A stretch of 32,000 nucleotides of DNA from Acaryochloris marina S15 (GTDB lineage Bacteria > Cyanobacteriota > Cyanobacteriia > Thermosynechococcales > Thermosynechococcaceae). Positions 19,857 through 27,925 of this stretch are shown piece after piece (positions within the stretch are counted from its first letter, which is position 1; each line of letters starts with the position of its first letter). Location: NCBI RefSeq assembly GCF_018336915.1, contig NZ_CP064923.1:5280001-5312000 (forward strand), read 5' to 3'. The position numbers and the translations under genes are program-made. Under the pieces are notes generated by a model. It had not been told where the DNA came from. It saw nothing but the letters and a program-made list of their open reading frames with translations, and made no database searches.

Positions 19857-20658
19857 AACTCCTTAGCTTCTAGATCAATTCAGACCAAGTGATTTTTTTC
19901 ATCACTTCTACAAAAGTCTTCAGCATACAAACCGTACTCTACATTGATGTCTAGCTTGAGCTTCATTCAGGCTATCTCAATACTAAGGAAGTTAAAGCTA
20001 TAAAATATAGCGATAAATAGAGATTACAGGAGTATAAGCAATTCTATAACAAAATTTTTTACTAATAAAGCTTAAATCAAGAGTTTTGGCTTAAAAAACT
20101 TTAGCTTGAATAAGCTATCGAAAAGGCAAATATTTATCTTCTTCCACAAGAAAATAGCAATTATTTTTATTTGTGAAATTTTTAATTTCAACCTAAAAAG
20201 CTGTTCTCAATACCTCAAAATAAATTAATAATTCATATCTATTTTGATGCTATAAAAGAGTAAATCTTGCATCACGGAATACTGATATTCTTTATGCGTT
20301 ATCAATAATATAGAAGTGCTTCACTCTATAAGGCTTGGATATTTTACCCAACTTCATAGGGATAGTTTTAGATATTTATAAATTGTTGGGGGAGGAGTAA
20401 AATTTTATCAACCATCTGGTGAGTGCTTTTGATGTCATCGCTTCAAAAACGAGTTGACAGCACAAAAAATTATCCGTAATAACACGCAAGCACCCTGATA
20501 TTTAGATAGTTAGAATAATTGCTAGTGAGGGAAAATCATTAACCAACCTTATGGTTAATGCTCAGAGTGCTTGGAAAATTTTTGATCATTTTTTGTTACT
20601 GACTAGTGATTGTTAGCCACTTTTTCATGTTTCGATAGCTTATCTCTCTCTTCAACCT

Positions 20659-22131
20659 ATGCTGGCCAAGTCTCAAACGATCCTGCCTTCTCCGCCACTT
20701 ACCATTAATCCCCGTGGGTTTGAGTTGTGGTATCAACCGGTTTATGACGTTTCTTCAGGTAACGTTCTTCAGAATGAAGTGCTCTTACGATGGCGGGATA
20801 CCCAAGGACTTATCCATCGGCCGAAAGAATTCATGCCAGCGGTTAGAAGTGCGGATGCCGAGCAATGGTTAGATCGCTATGTGACAGGGCAGGCCATTGC
20901 CCAATTGAAGCAACACGCTCACCTCAAGCTTTCCATCAACTTATCGAAGCGGATCGTTGAAGATCGCTTTATTGCCGAAGACATTTACGATCTGCTGGTC
21001 AACCATAGTGTTCAACCTCATCAGCTTCACTTCGAAGTATCTGAAGCCAGTCTGGCCAAAAATTTTCAGGATTCAGTCGCTTTAATCCGAGATCTAAAAG
21101 AACTAGGGTGCGCCGTCACCTTAGACAATTTTGCCAACCAACATCTCACCTTTCTGCAATGGGAAAAACTAGGGGTTGATGCGGTTAAAATTGACCCGTC
21201 TTTGATTCGCGACCTCAAACAAGACTCGCCCCAAACGCGACTGGCCAAAGCCATCATTGAAACCAGTAACTCATTGGCACAGCCTGCGATCGCAACTTCC
21301 GTAGACGCTTACTCTACCTCTCGTCACTTGGTCAATCTAAGCTTTCAATCTGCTCAGGGATACCACTTCCAGCCTCCTAGCGATCACCCTTGGCTCACGA
21401 GCAAAGTCGACATTTTGGGTGTCCCCATCGATAACGTGACCCAAGACGAACTGCTCCAAGAACTGAAATCGGGTATCGTCTTTACTCCCAATGTTGACCA
21501 CCTGATGAACCTGAAGCAGGATGAGGAGTTTCGGGCTGCTTACAACATTGCCGACTACAAAATTTGCGATAGCCAAATTCTCTACTTTTCCTCCCATTTC
21601 CTCGGTTCACCGATTAAAGAGAAAATCTCAGGTTCAGATTTATTTCCTGCCTTTTACACCTATCACAAAGATAATCCAGACATCACGATTTTTCTGTTAG
21701 GCGCTGCTCCAGGTGTTGCCGCTCAAGCGCAACAAAATATCAATGCTCGCGTGGGTCGTGACATCGTTGTTGGCTCTTACTCCCCTTCCTATAGCTTTGA
21801 GCAAAATCCAGAGGAATGTGCAGAGATTATCGAACGGATCCATCACTCTGGAGCAACAGTTCTCGCCATCGGGGTCGGATCTCCCAAACAAGAACGGTGG
21901 ATTTACCGTTATCGTCAGCAGCTAGCAGAGTCCGTGAATATTATTTTTGCCATTGGTGGGACCTTGGACTTTGAAGCTGGTACTCAACAACGGGCTCCAA
22001 AGCTTGTCAGCACCATTGGCATAGAGTGGCTCTTTCGTTTGATGGGCGAACCAAGACGCCTCTGGAAGCGCTATTTAATTAATGATCTGCCATTCTTGAA
22101 GTTAGTCTTGAATCAAAAGTTTCATCGCTAA
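20659..22131 (+). CDS. Fusion protein: N-terminal EAL domain (partly degenerate) plus C-terminal WecB/TagA/CpsF-family (GT26) glycosyltransferase
   Basis: 490 aa in a single ORF. EAL motifs are YQPV...EVLLRW, SINLS, FEVSE, DNFANQ (in place of DDFGTG), VKID, ATSVD (in place of EGVE) and AQGY. The GT26 part is ILGVPIDNVTQDELL...FTPNVDHLM...IFLLGAAPGVA...LAIGVGSPKQERW...IFAIGGTLDF..G...RAP......GIEWLFRL..EPRRLWKRY. Confidence 0.85.
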   Translation: MLAKSQTILPSPPLTINPRGFELWYQPVYDVSSGNVLQNEVLLRWRDTQGLIHRPKEFMPAVRSADAEQWLDRYVTGQAIAQLKQHAHLKLSINLSKRIVEDRFIAEDIYDLLVNHSVQPHQLHFEVSEASLAKNFQDSVALIRDLKELGCAVTLDNFANQHLTFLQWEKLGVDAVKIDPSLIRDLKQDSPQTRLAKAIIETSNSLAQPAIATSVDAYSTSRHLVNLSFQSAQGYHFQPPSDHPWLTSKVDILGVPIDNVTQDELLQELKSGIVFTPNVDHLMNLKQDEEFRAAYNIADYKICDSQILYFSSHFLGSPIKEKISGSDLFPAFYTYHKDNPDITIFLLGAAPGVAAQAQQNINARVGRDIVVGSYSPSYSFEQNPEECAEIIERIHHSGATVLAIGVGSPKQERWIYRYRQQLAESVNIIFAIGGTLDFEAGTQQRAPKLVSTIGIEWLFRLMGEPRRLWKRYLINDLPFLKLVLNQKFHR

Positions 22132-22255
22132 TTCTTCCGTCACCTCTTTCTAGCAGAGATCTAACCCACCCTATCCAATCTTTTAACCTGTTGAGCAGTG
22201 GGTTGTATTGTCCGGCTGCACAGGCCATGATGAAAGCAGTTGTTATGCAACCCTT

Positions 22256-22675
22256 ATGGATACAGAACATCAACGCTTAACTCTGCAAATTTTGATCGGT
22301 TCAGCCTGGGTAGACCATACCCTCAGTGAACCTGAGGTTACCTATCTCAAAAAGGTGCTAGATCGCTACCATCTCACGCAGGATACCGAGTTACAGAGCC
22401 TCCTCCAAGAGCCTGTTCTTCCTCAACAAACTGAACGCTGGATCGTTGAGTTTTTGAGACAAACAAACCAAGAGGAACGGCTTAAGCTTTTAGCAGCCAT
22501 TGGCAATTTATTAATTGCAGATGATGTAGTGTCAGAGATAGAGCATGACCTCCTAGATGAGTATCATGCCTTAATGGCTAAGATCCCTGATGATCCAAAT
22601 CACATTACCAACTTAGTCAGAAATATTGGCTCTTACGTGAACAAAGCACTGCAAACCCTTGCCAACTTACCTTAA
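22256..22675 (+). CDS. TerB-like (tellurite-resistance TerB / DjlA N-terminal fold) family protein, tentative
   Basis: The ORF track starts at TTG 22208, but ATG 22256 (MDTEHQRLTLQILIGSAWVDHTLSEPEVTYLKKVL) is more plausible. The paired helical segments ...GSAWVDH..SEPE... and ...LLIADDVVSEIEHDLLDEY resemble the TerB-type repeat. Confidence 0.55.
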   Translation: MDTEHQRLTLQILIGSAWVDHTLSEPEVTYLKKVLDRYHLTQDTELQSLLQEPVLPQQTERWIVEFLRQTNQEERLKLLAAIGNLLIADDVVSEIEHDLLDEYHALMAKIPDDPNHITNLVRNIGSYVNKALQTLANLP

Positions 22676-23562
22676 GGTGCAGAGGTAAACGCCTGGTCTC
22701 GAAGCTGCTTAGACACCATATAGGGCTTTGGATCGACTGGCTTATCATTACGATAAATCGAGTAATGCAAATGCGTCCCTGTCGATCGCCCTGTACTTCC
22801 CATAAAGCCCAACAACTGTCCTCGCTTAATGGAAGTATTGGGCTTAACCGCTAATTTGGAAAGATGGGCATACAAAGTTTGGTATCCATACCCATGCTGA
22901 ATGACAACGTGATACCCATAACCACCAGAGTATCCAGCCCGTTCAATCTTGCCATGGGCTGTTGCGTAAATGGGAGCGCCATAATCACCCAACAAATCTA
23001 TACCGTCATGGATCTCTGCACTACCCCCAAAAGGACCGGGACGCAAACCAAAATCAGAAGAAATAGGACTATTACCTTTGGTCGGCTTACCTTGAGGTAG
23101 GGCAGCGTTGCGGGCTTCTTCTGCTTGTAACGTCTTTTCTAACGCTGGCTGTACTTGCTGTTTGAGGCGTGACGCCAACGCAGGTAAGCGTGATTTCGCA
23201 AACTGGAGCTGCTGCTCCGCATCTACAACAACGGAAACTCCCCCTTTTCCGCCTTTGTCTTCTACATTGACTTGCTGGCGCTCTGCGGTTGACAATCCAG
23301 CTCGCTGACGAAGTTTTTCGACTTCTTCGTCTAATACTTCTAACTCTTCTAAAACCTCAGCGGCTGATTCTGACAACTGATCATGTCTTTGCTGCATCTG
23401 CTGCAATGCCTGGAAGGTCTTACCCGCCCAGACCGCAGGAACAGCAGCCATTGATAAGCCCAAAATGATCAGGATAGGACTAACCGAAAACTTAATGGAA
23501 CGTTGTCCTGTTAGGGTAATCAAGATCCGAAAGCGCTTCGGGATCGGAAGAAGAGAACGCAT
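22672..23562 (-). CDS. M23-family (LytM-type) metallopeptidase with N-terminal membrane anchor and coiled-coil
   Basis: The C-terminal motifs are HDGIDL...GAPIYA, GYGYHVVIQHGYGYQTLYAHL and GSTGRSTGTHLHYSIY (HxxxD / HxH). The ORF track start 23577 is TTG, so ATG 23562 (MRSLLPIP...) is preferred. Confidence 0.88.
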   Translation of the reverse strand: MRSLLPIPKRFRILITLTGQRSIKFSVSPILIILGLSMAAVPAVWAGKTFQALQQMQQRHDQLSESAAEVLEELEVLDEEVEKLRQRAGLSTAERQQVNVEDKGGKGGVSVVVDAEQQLQFAKSRLPALASRLKQQVQPALEKTLQAEEARNAALPQGKPTKGNSPISSDFGLRPGPFGGSAEIHDGIDLLGDYGAPIYATAHGKIERAGYSGGYGYHVVIQHGYGYQTLYAHLSKLAVKPNTSIKRGQLLGFMGSTGRSTGTHLHYSIYRNDKPVDPKPYMVSKQLRDQAFTSAP

Positions 23563-23941
23563 AGAGGCCCAACACAAAGGATTCGTGAAGAATCATATCA
23601 AATTATGAGACCAATCTTAAATATTTCTTAAAAAACAAGGCAAGTACTGCATTTGGGGCATAGAGAAATTTCTTGGCAGACCACCGTGTTAACCGTACTA
23701 GCAGATCTGAACGAAATTTCAGTCAATATTGAAGAATCGCTGCTCGCCAACATTTTATCCCTCAAGCAGACATTTTTACACGCTTTCACTCATACGGAAG
23801 AGGGCCAGCCGTGAATGGGTATGATGAGAATAGGGCTGATACAACAACTACCACACTCAGCTAATCCTCAGATCCACAGAATCCGTGGATTGATATATCC
23901 TAAGAACAGCTTTTCTTAGCTCAATACATCATTTTAGAATT

Positions 23942-24064
23942 ATGGACATCAAGATAATCCTAGTTGGATTAACACCCATTTTTATTGTACTGTGCCTATT
24001 TTTCGGGACCCGGAATGGGTTTTACGATTCTGATGATTATCATGGCAATGGCTCTGCCCATTAG
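23942..24064 (+). CDS. Small single-pass membrane protein (40 aa), not in the ORF track, with PetN-like ends
   Basis: ATG 23942 to TAG 24062-24064 gives MDIKIILVGLTPIFIVLCLFFGTRNGFYDSDDYHGNGSAH. It has one hydrophobic helix followed by an acidic, Gly- and His-containing tail. It lies 30 nt upstream of the next same-strand gene. I saw no clear SD sequence. Confidence 0.4.
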   Translation: MDIKIILVGLTPIFIVLCLFFGTRNGFYDSDDYHGNGSAH

Positions 24065-24094
24065 TATTCTTGATCCCTTGAGTTAGTTTCACGA

Positions 24095-24529
24095 ATGACT
24101 AAGAAGTCCCCCAAGGATGCAGCATTTGACACTGCTCATCCAGAAGAGTCTGCTTTACAAAAAACAGTGAAGGCGTTGGGTTTGGCAAAAATCCAGCGTC
24201 ACATTTTTATCTGTGCCGATCAAACAGTAGATAAATGCTGTGATAAGGCGGCCAGTATAGAAGCTTGGACGTATCTAAAACAGCGATTGAAAGAGCTGGA
24301 GTTAGATCAGCCAAACGGCAGCTGCGTTTTTCGTACCAAAGCCAATTGTCTACGCGTTTGTCAGCAAGGTCCAATTATCGTGATTTATCCGGATGGCGTT
24401 TGGTACCATTCCGCCACACCACCCGTCATTGAAAGGATTATTCAAGAACATTTGCTGAAGAACCAAATCGTTTCAGAATTTTTGTTCCTTCAGCATCCTT
24501 TACCGGCAAACTCGTTAGAGACCGAATAG
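24095..24529 (+). CDS. Thioredoxin-like [2Fe-2S] ferredoxin-domain protein
   Basis: 144 aa. The pattern is HIFICADQ...KCC (Cys pair), then NCLRVCQQGPIIVIYPDGVWY. This is characteristic of the TRX-like ferredoxin family. Confidence 0.75.
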   Translation: MTKKSPKDAAFDTAHPEESALQKTVKALGLAKIQRHIFICADQTVDKCCDKAASIEAWTYLKQRLKELELDQPNGSCVFRTKANCLRVCQQGPIIVIYPDGVWYHSATPPVIERIIQEHLLKNQIVSEFLFLQHPLPANSLETE

Positions 24530-24533
24530 CGCT

Positions 24534-25289
24534 TTATTCACTTTGAGTCGTTGATGTGGGAGAAGGTTGTTGAGCCTCTTGTTGGCTAACCCAATACCAT
24601 CCGCCTAGTCCAGCCAGAATAATCAGCACAATTGGCACACTCAGCATCCATAGCCGAGGTTGCTGGCGAACAATAAGGGTTTGTTTTTGTCGCCCATCAT
24701 CTGCTCTTTGCTGCCTAGAGCCTGCTGCAGTGGACTCGGGCATGGTGTCCAGGGCAGCAGGGCCTGAATTCGCTTGAGAAAGGATAGCAGCAGGGTCTCG
24801 GGCAAGCCGGGTTTTGGCCGTAGGCGATGCAGACAATTCTGCTTCCGAAGCAACCACGGTTGCTTTAGGATTCACAGCATCAGATTTGAGGCTCTGAAAA
24901 TCCGTGGATTCCAAATACCGGATAAATTCTGCTTCGCCCATAGATACCACAAGGTAGGACGCTTTAATTTTTCGTCCTAAGCCAAGACGATCACCATCGG
25001 CTAGCTCTTGAGAGCTACACCGCTTATCATTTACAAATACACCATTAGCACTGCGATTGCCTTCAGAGTCTCCATCAATTAATCGGTAACGATAGCTGCT
25101 TTTTCCAGGAGTAGGCAAGCGGAGGAGGATGGCATGCTTACGGGAAATCGTGGGAGAATCCAGCACGATAGCATTAGACTCATCCCGCCCAATGGAATAG
25201 GCTGCCGAGTCCAGGGCAATTGCACGACGTTTACCATCGTTAATAACCAGAACGTGCCGTTCAGCAGAATCGTATTTAGGGTCGTGCAT
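24534..25289 (-). CDS. FHA-domain protein with C-terminal transmembrane helix
   Basis: The N-terminal FHA signature is YSIGRDESNAIVLDSPTISRKHAILLR...SANGVFVNDKR. A disordered linker follows. The C-terminal TM segment is LWMLSVPIVLIILAGLGGWYWV. Confidence 0.85.
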   Translation of the reverse strand: MHDPKYDSAERHVLVINDGKRRAIALDSAAYSIGRDESNAIVLDSPTISRKHAILLRLPTPGKSSYRYRLIDGDSEGNRSANGVFVNDKRCSSQELADGDRLGLGRKIKASYLVVSMGEAEFIRYLESTDFQSLKSDAVNPKATVVASEAELSASPTAKTRLARDPAAILSQANSGPAALDTMPESTAAGSRQQRADDGRQKQTLIVRQQPRLWMLSVPIVLIILAGLGGWYWVSQQEAQQPSPTSTTQSE

Positions 25290-25633
25290 GTTAGGGGAAT
25301 TCCTGAGGAAACCGTAAAATCAGTCTACATAAGACATCAACGCTAACTTCCCTCATCTCGGATGGCCGAACAACCGTCTCACTAGTTAGTAGCAACAGTT
25401 ACTAGACTTTATGCGAATGAGGGTGCCAGGGTTAAAATCTTGCAGCAAAGAAGTTCCCGGACTTAGGAACCGCAAGTCAAGATTTTACCTGTTCTCAAAA
25501 TTGAAGTTGTCTATACCTAGGATTCCCAACCTCTACACCTTTTCAAGCGTCACTCCCTTGGTTTAGGGAAAGAATATGAAACAATAGAGGCTAATCACTC
25601 ATGAGCCAATAGAAGGTTACGGTTGCTGATTCC

Positions 25634-25954
25634 ATGTCACAGACTTATTCCGTAGAGATTCACCATCAAGACGCCGTCCATACGGTGAGCGTCCCTGAAG
25701 ACACTACAATTTTGCAAGCTGCTCAGGATGCTGGAGTTGATTTACCCAGTTCTTGCTGTGCTGGCGTATGTACCACTTGTGCTTCTCTGATCTTGGAAGG
25801 TGAAGTAGAACAAGAAGATGCAATGGGCTTAGGGCCCGATTTATTGGATCAGGGATATGCACTATTGTGTGTTTCCTACCCACGGTCCGATATCAAGCTT
25901 GAATCTAACAAAGAAGAACTGGTATACAAATTGCAGTTTGGGCAAGCTCAGTAA
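25634..25954 (+). CDS. Plant-type [2Fe-2S] ferredoxin (paralog)
   Basis: 106 aa. The Cx4Cx2C cluster motif is SCCAGVCTTC and the fourth Cys lies in ALLCVSYP. The overall beta-grasp ferredoxin layout is present. Confidence 0.88.
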   Translation: MSQTYSVEIHHQDAVHTVSVPEDTTILQAAQDAGVDLPSSCCAGVCTTCASLILEGEVEQEDAMGLGPDLLDQGYALLCVSYPRSDIKLESNKEELVYKLQFGQAQ

Positions 25955-25995
25955 ATGGGTCCGCTGCACTACCATCAACATTGGAGATAAACATC

Positions 25996-26184
25996 ATGAC
26001 CACTCATTTTATTGAAGCTGAAATTGAGCTAGATGCTTCAACCACAGAGTTGCAAGCCAATATTGAAGCCAAGCTCCGTGAACAAGGTGAGCCTCTACGT
26101 TGGGCCGTCACAGAGGTCCAGTCTGAGACTGCTACCGTTGAAGCGGTGGTTCTAAAGTCAGAGGAAACCGTCTCATCTCGCTAG
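25996..26184 (+). CDS. Small acidic hypothetical protein (62 aa)
   Basis: ATG 25996 is preceded by GGAGA (25983-25987). The ORF track begins at an upstream TTG. The product is MTTHFIEAEIELDASTTELQANIEAKLREQGEPLRWAVTEV... The gene is sandwiched between the ferredoxin and the DUF3326-like gene with short gaps. Confidence 0.5.
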   Translation: MTTHFIEAEIELDASTTELQANIEAKLREQGEPLRWAVTEVQSETATVEAVVLKSEETVSSR

Positions 26185-26210
26185 CCTCTCGACCTTTTAC
26201 CGTTGTCTTA

Positions 26211-27239
26211 TTGGTACCAACAGGCATTGGAGCAGCGATCGGTGGTTATGCAGGGGATGCCATTCCGGTCGCTCGGACCTTGTCAGTGGTTTGCGATCGC
26301 ATCATCACTCATCCCAATGTTCTCAATGGGGCCCAACTCTACTGGCCCATCCCTAATACCTGGTATGTAGAAGGCTATGGGTTAGATCAGTTTGCTGCCG
26401 GACGGTGGGGGCTACGACCTGTCCACCAAAACCGCATTGGCGTCGTTCTAGACCAAGCCATCGAACCTGATTTGCACCTGCGTCATTTGCAGGCTATTGA
26501 TGCTGCCCGCGCTACTTTAGGAGTGAGCATCACGGATGTCTGTATCACTGATACGCCTTTAGGGGTAACTCTTAAAACCGCTGATTCTGGTGCTACCTGG
26601 GGCACCCTGGATCATCCAGACAGTTTGCTAAGAGCCGTTGAACACCTGATTACTGACCGTAACGCTAGTGCGATCGCAGTCGTCGCTCGGTTCCCAGATG
26701 ACTTAGACAGCGATGCACTTCAAGCCTATCGTCAAGGTCAAGGGGTTGATGCTTTAGCCGGAGCTGAGGCTGTCATTAGCCATCTGGTCGTCCAACAGTT
26801 TCAAATTCCCTGCGCCCATGCCCCTGCCCTCTCCCCCTTACCCCTAGATCCGCACTTGAATCCCCGGGCAGCCGCCGAAGAATTAGGCTATACCTTTCTC
26901 CCTTCCGTTTTAGTTGGGTTATCGCAAGCCCCTCAATTTATTAGTGACTCCGGCCAGCCCACGGATCTCTGGCAGGATCAAGTTGATGCAGTTGTTGTCC
27001 CGGCCAGTGCCTGCGGTAGCGGTGCCATTCTGAGTTTGAATCCAACCCAAGCTCACATCATTACGGTGGCTGAAAATACCACCACCATGAATGCAACGAC
27101 TCAGAGCTTGGGCATTGACAGTATCCCTGTGCAGTCCTATGCCGCAGCCGTGGGCGTACTTGCAGCCCTTAAAGCAGGGGTTGATGAAAAAACATTACGT
27201 CCAGCTATTCCCCCCCTCGTCCCTCATAACCTGCTTTAA
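26211..27239 (+). CDS. DUF3326-like conserved protein (cyanobacteria/plastid lineage, family name from memory)
   Basis: 342 aa. The N-terminal glycine-rich motif is VPTGIGAAIGGYAGDA. The length matches my recollection of DUF3326 (about 340-390 aa). TTG is the start in the ORF track, and the exact start is uncertain. Confidence 0.7.
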   Translation: MVPTGIGAAIGGYAGDAIPVARTLSVVCDRIITHPNVLNGAQLYWPIPNTWYVEGYGLDQFAAGRWGLRPVHQNRIGVVLDQAIEPDLHLRHLQAIDAARATLGVSITDVCITDTPLGVTLKTADSGATWGTLDHPDSLLRAVEHLITDRNASAIAVVARFPDDLDSDALQAYRQGQGVDALAGAEAVISHLVVQQFQIPCAHAPALSPLPLDPHLNPRAAAEELGYTFLPSVLVGLSQAPQFISDSGQPTDLWQDQVDAVVVPASACGSGAILSLNPTQAHIITVAENTTTMNATTQSLGIDSIPVQSYAAAVGVLAALKAGVDEKTLRPAIPPLVPHNLL

Positions 27240-27318
27240 TCTGCGGCTCTACCTGCGCTATGCGGCCTTTCGCAATAACTGATAGGTTATAGAGGTATTT
27301 GAAACTTTTGATATCTTT

Positions 27319-27924
27319 GTGGTTGATCGCCCTAATCAGCAGCCTGAACTAGAGTCCCTGACTCGCACACAAGTCTTGATTGCCATGGGAGTGACAGCAT
27401 TACTGTTACTATTTTTGGCTAAGGTTATCCAATATTTTGGGTCATTTGCCACCTTACCCATGACTTGGCAACTGCAAAATGCTGTTTTGGGTATCGGCAT
27501 TGGCTTAGGGATTACAGCTGCTAGTGCTGTTATTTATCAGCTATGGCCCCAGTATCGGTTATCTGCATCCTTATATTTACAGCTTGTCATTCAGCCCCTC
27601 GTCTGGACAGACTTAATCTGGTTAGGGCTGTTACCGGGCCTGAGTGAAGAATTACTATTTCGAGGTGTAATCTTCCCGTGGGTAGGCCTGAACTGGGTGG
27701 GTCTCATCTTATCTAGCATCGTTTTTGGGGTACTGCATCTCAATAGTCCCCAACAATGGTCCTATGTGGTTTGGGTCACCGTCGTTGGCTTTGTCCTCGG
27801 TTATAGCGCTTGGAGTACAGGCAATTTGCTGGTGCCCGTTATTGCCCATCTCACCACCAATATCATCACGGGAGTGTCGTGGAAAATCACGCACCCTCCC
27901 CAGCATCCCTTGGGGAAGACCTAG
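27319..27924 (+). CDS. CPBP-family intramembrane glutamic endopeptidase (CAAX protease / Abi family)
   Basis: 201 aa polytopic protein. The motifs are SEELLFRGVIF (EExxxR), FGVLH (FxxxH) and IAHLTTN (HxxxN/D). The start codon is GTG. Confidence 0.85.
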   Translation: MVDRPNQQPELESLTRTQVLIAMGVTALLLLFLAKVIQYFGSFATLPMTWQLQNAVLGIGIGLGITAASAVIYQLWPQYRLSASLYLQLVIQPLVWTDLIWLGLLPGLSEELLFRGVIFPWVGLNWVGLILSSIVFGVLHLNSPQQWSYVVWVTVVGFVLGYSAWSTGNLLVPVIAHLTTNIITGVSWKITHPPQHPLGKT

Positions 27925-27925
27925 C

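Noticed and set aside
19887-19907. Hairpin AAGTGAT/ATCACTT as a terminator for the DUF5691-like gene
   Set aside because: It has only a 7-bp AT-rich stem and is not followed by a T-run. It is mentioned in a finding but is too weak to list as a terminator feature.
22150-22205. Inverted repeat AACCCAC ... GTGGGTT downstream of the EAL-GT26 gene
   Set aside because: The stem is 7 bp with a loop of about 28 nt and no U-tract. This is within chance expectation.
23684-23815. GTG-initiated 43-codon ORF (VLTVLADLNEISVNIEESLLANILSLKQTFLHAFTHTEEGQP) in the spacer upstream of the small membrane peptide
   Set aside because: It has no SD sequence, no motif and a non-ATG start. I cannot distinguish it from chance without conservation data.
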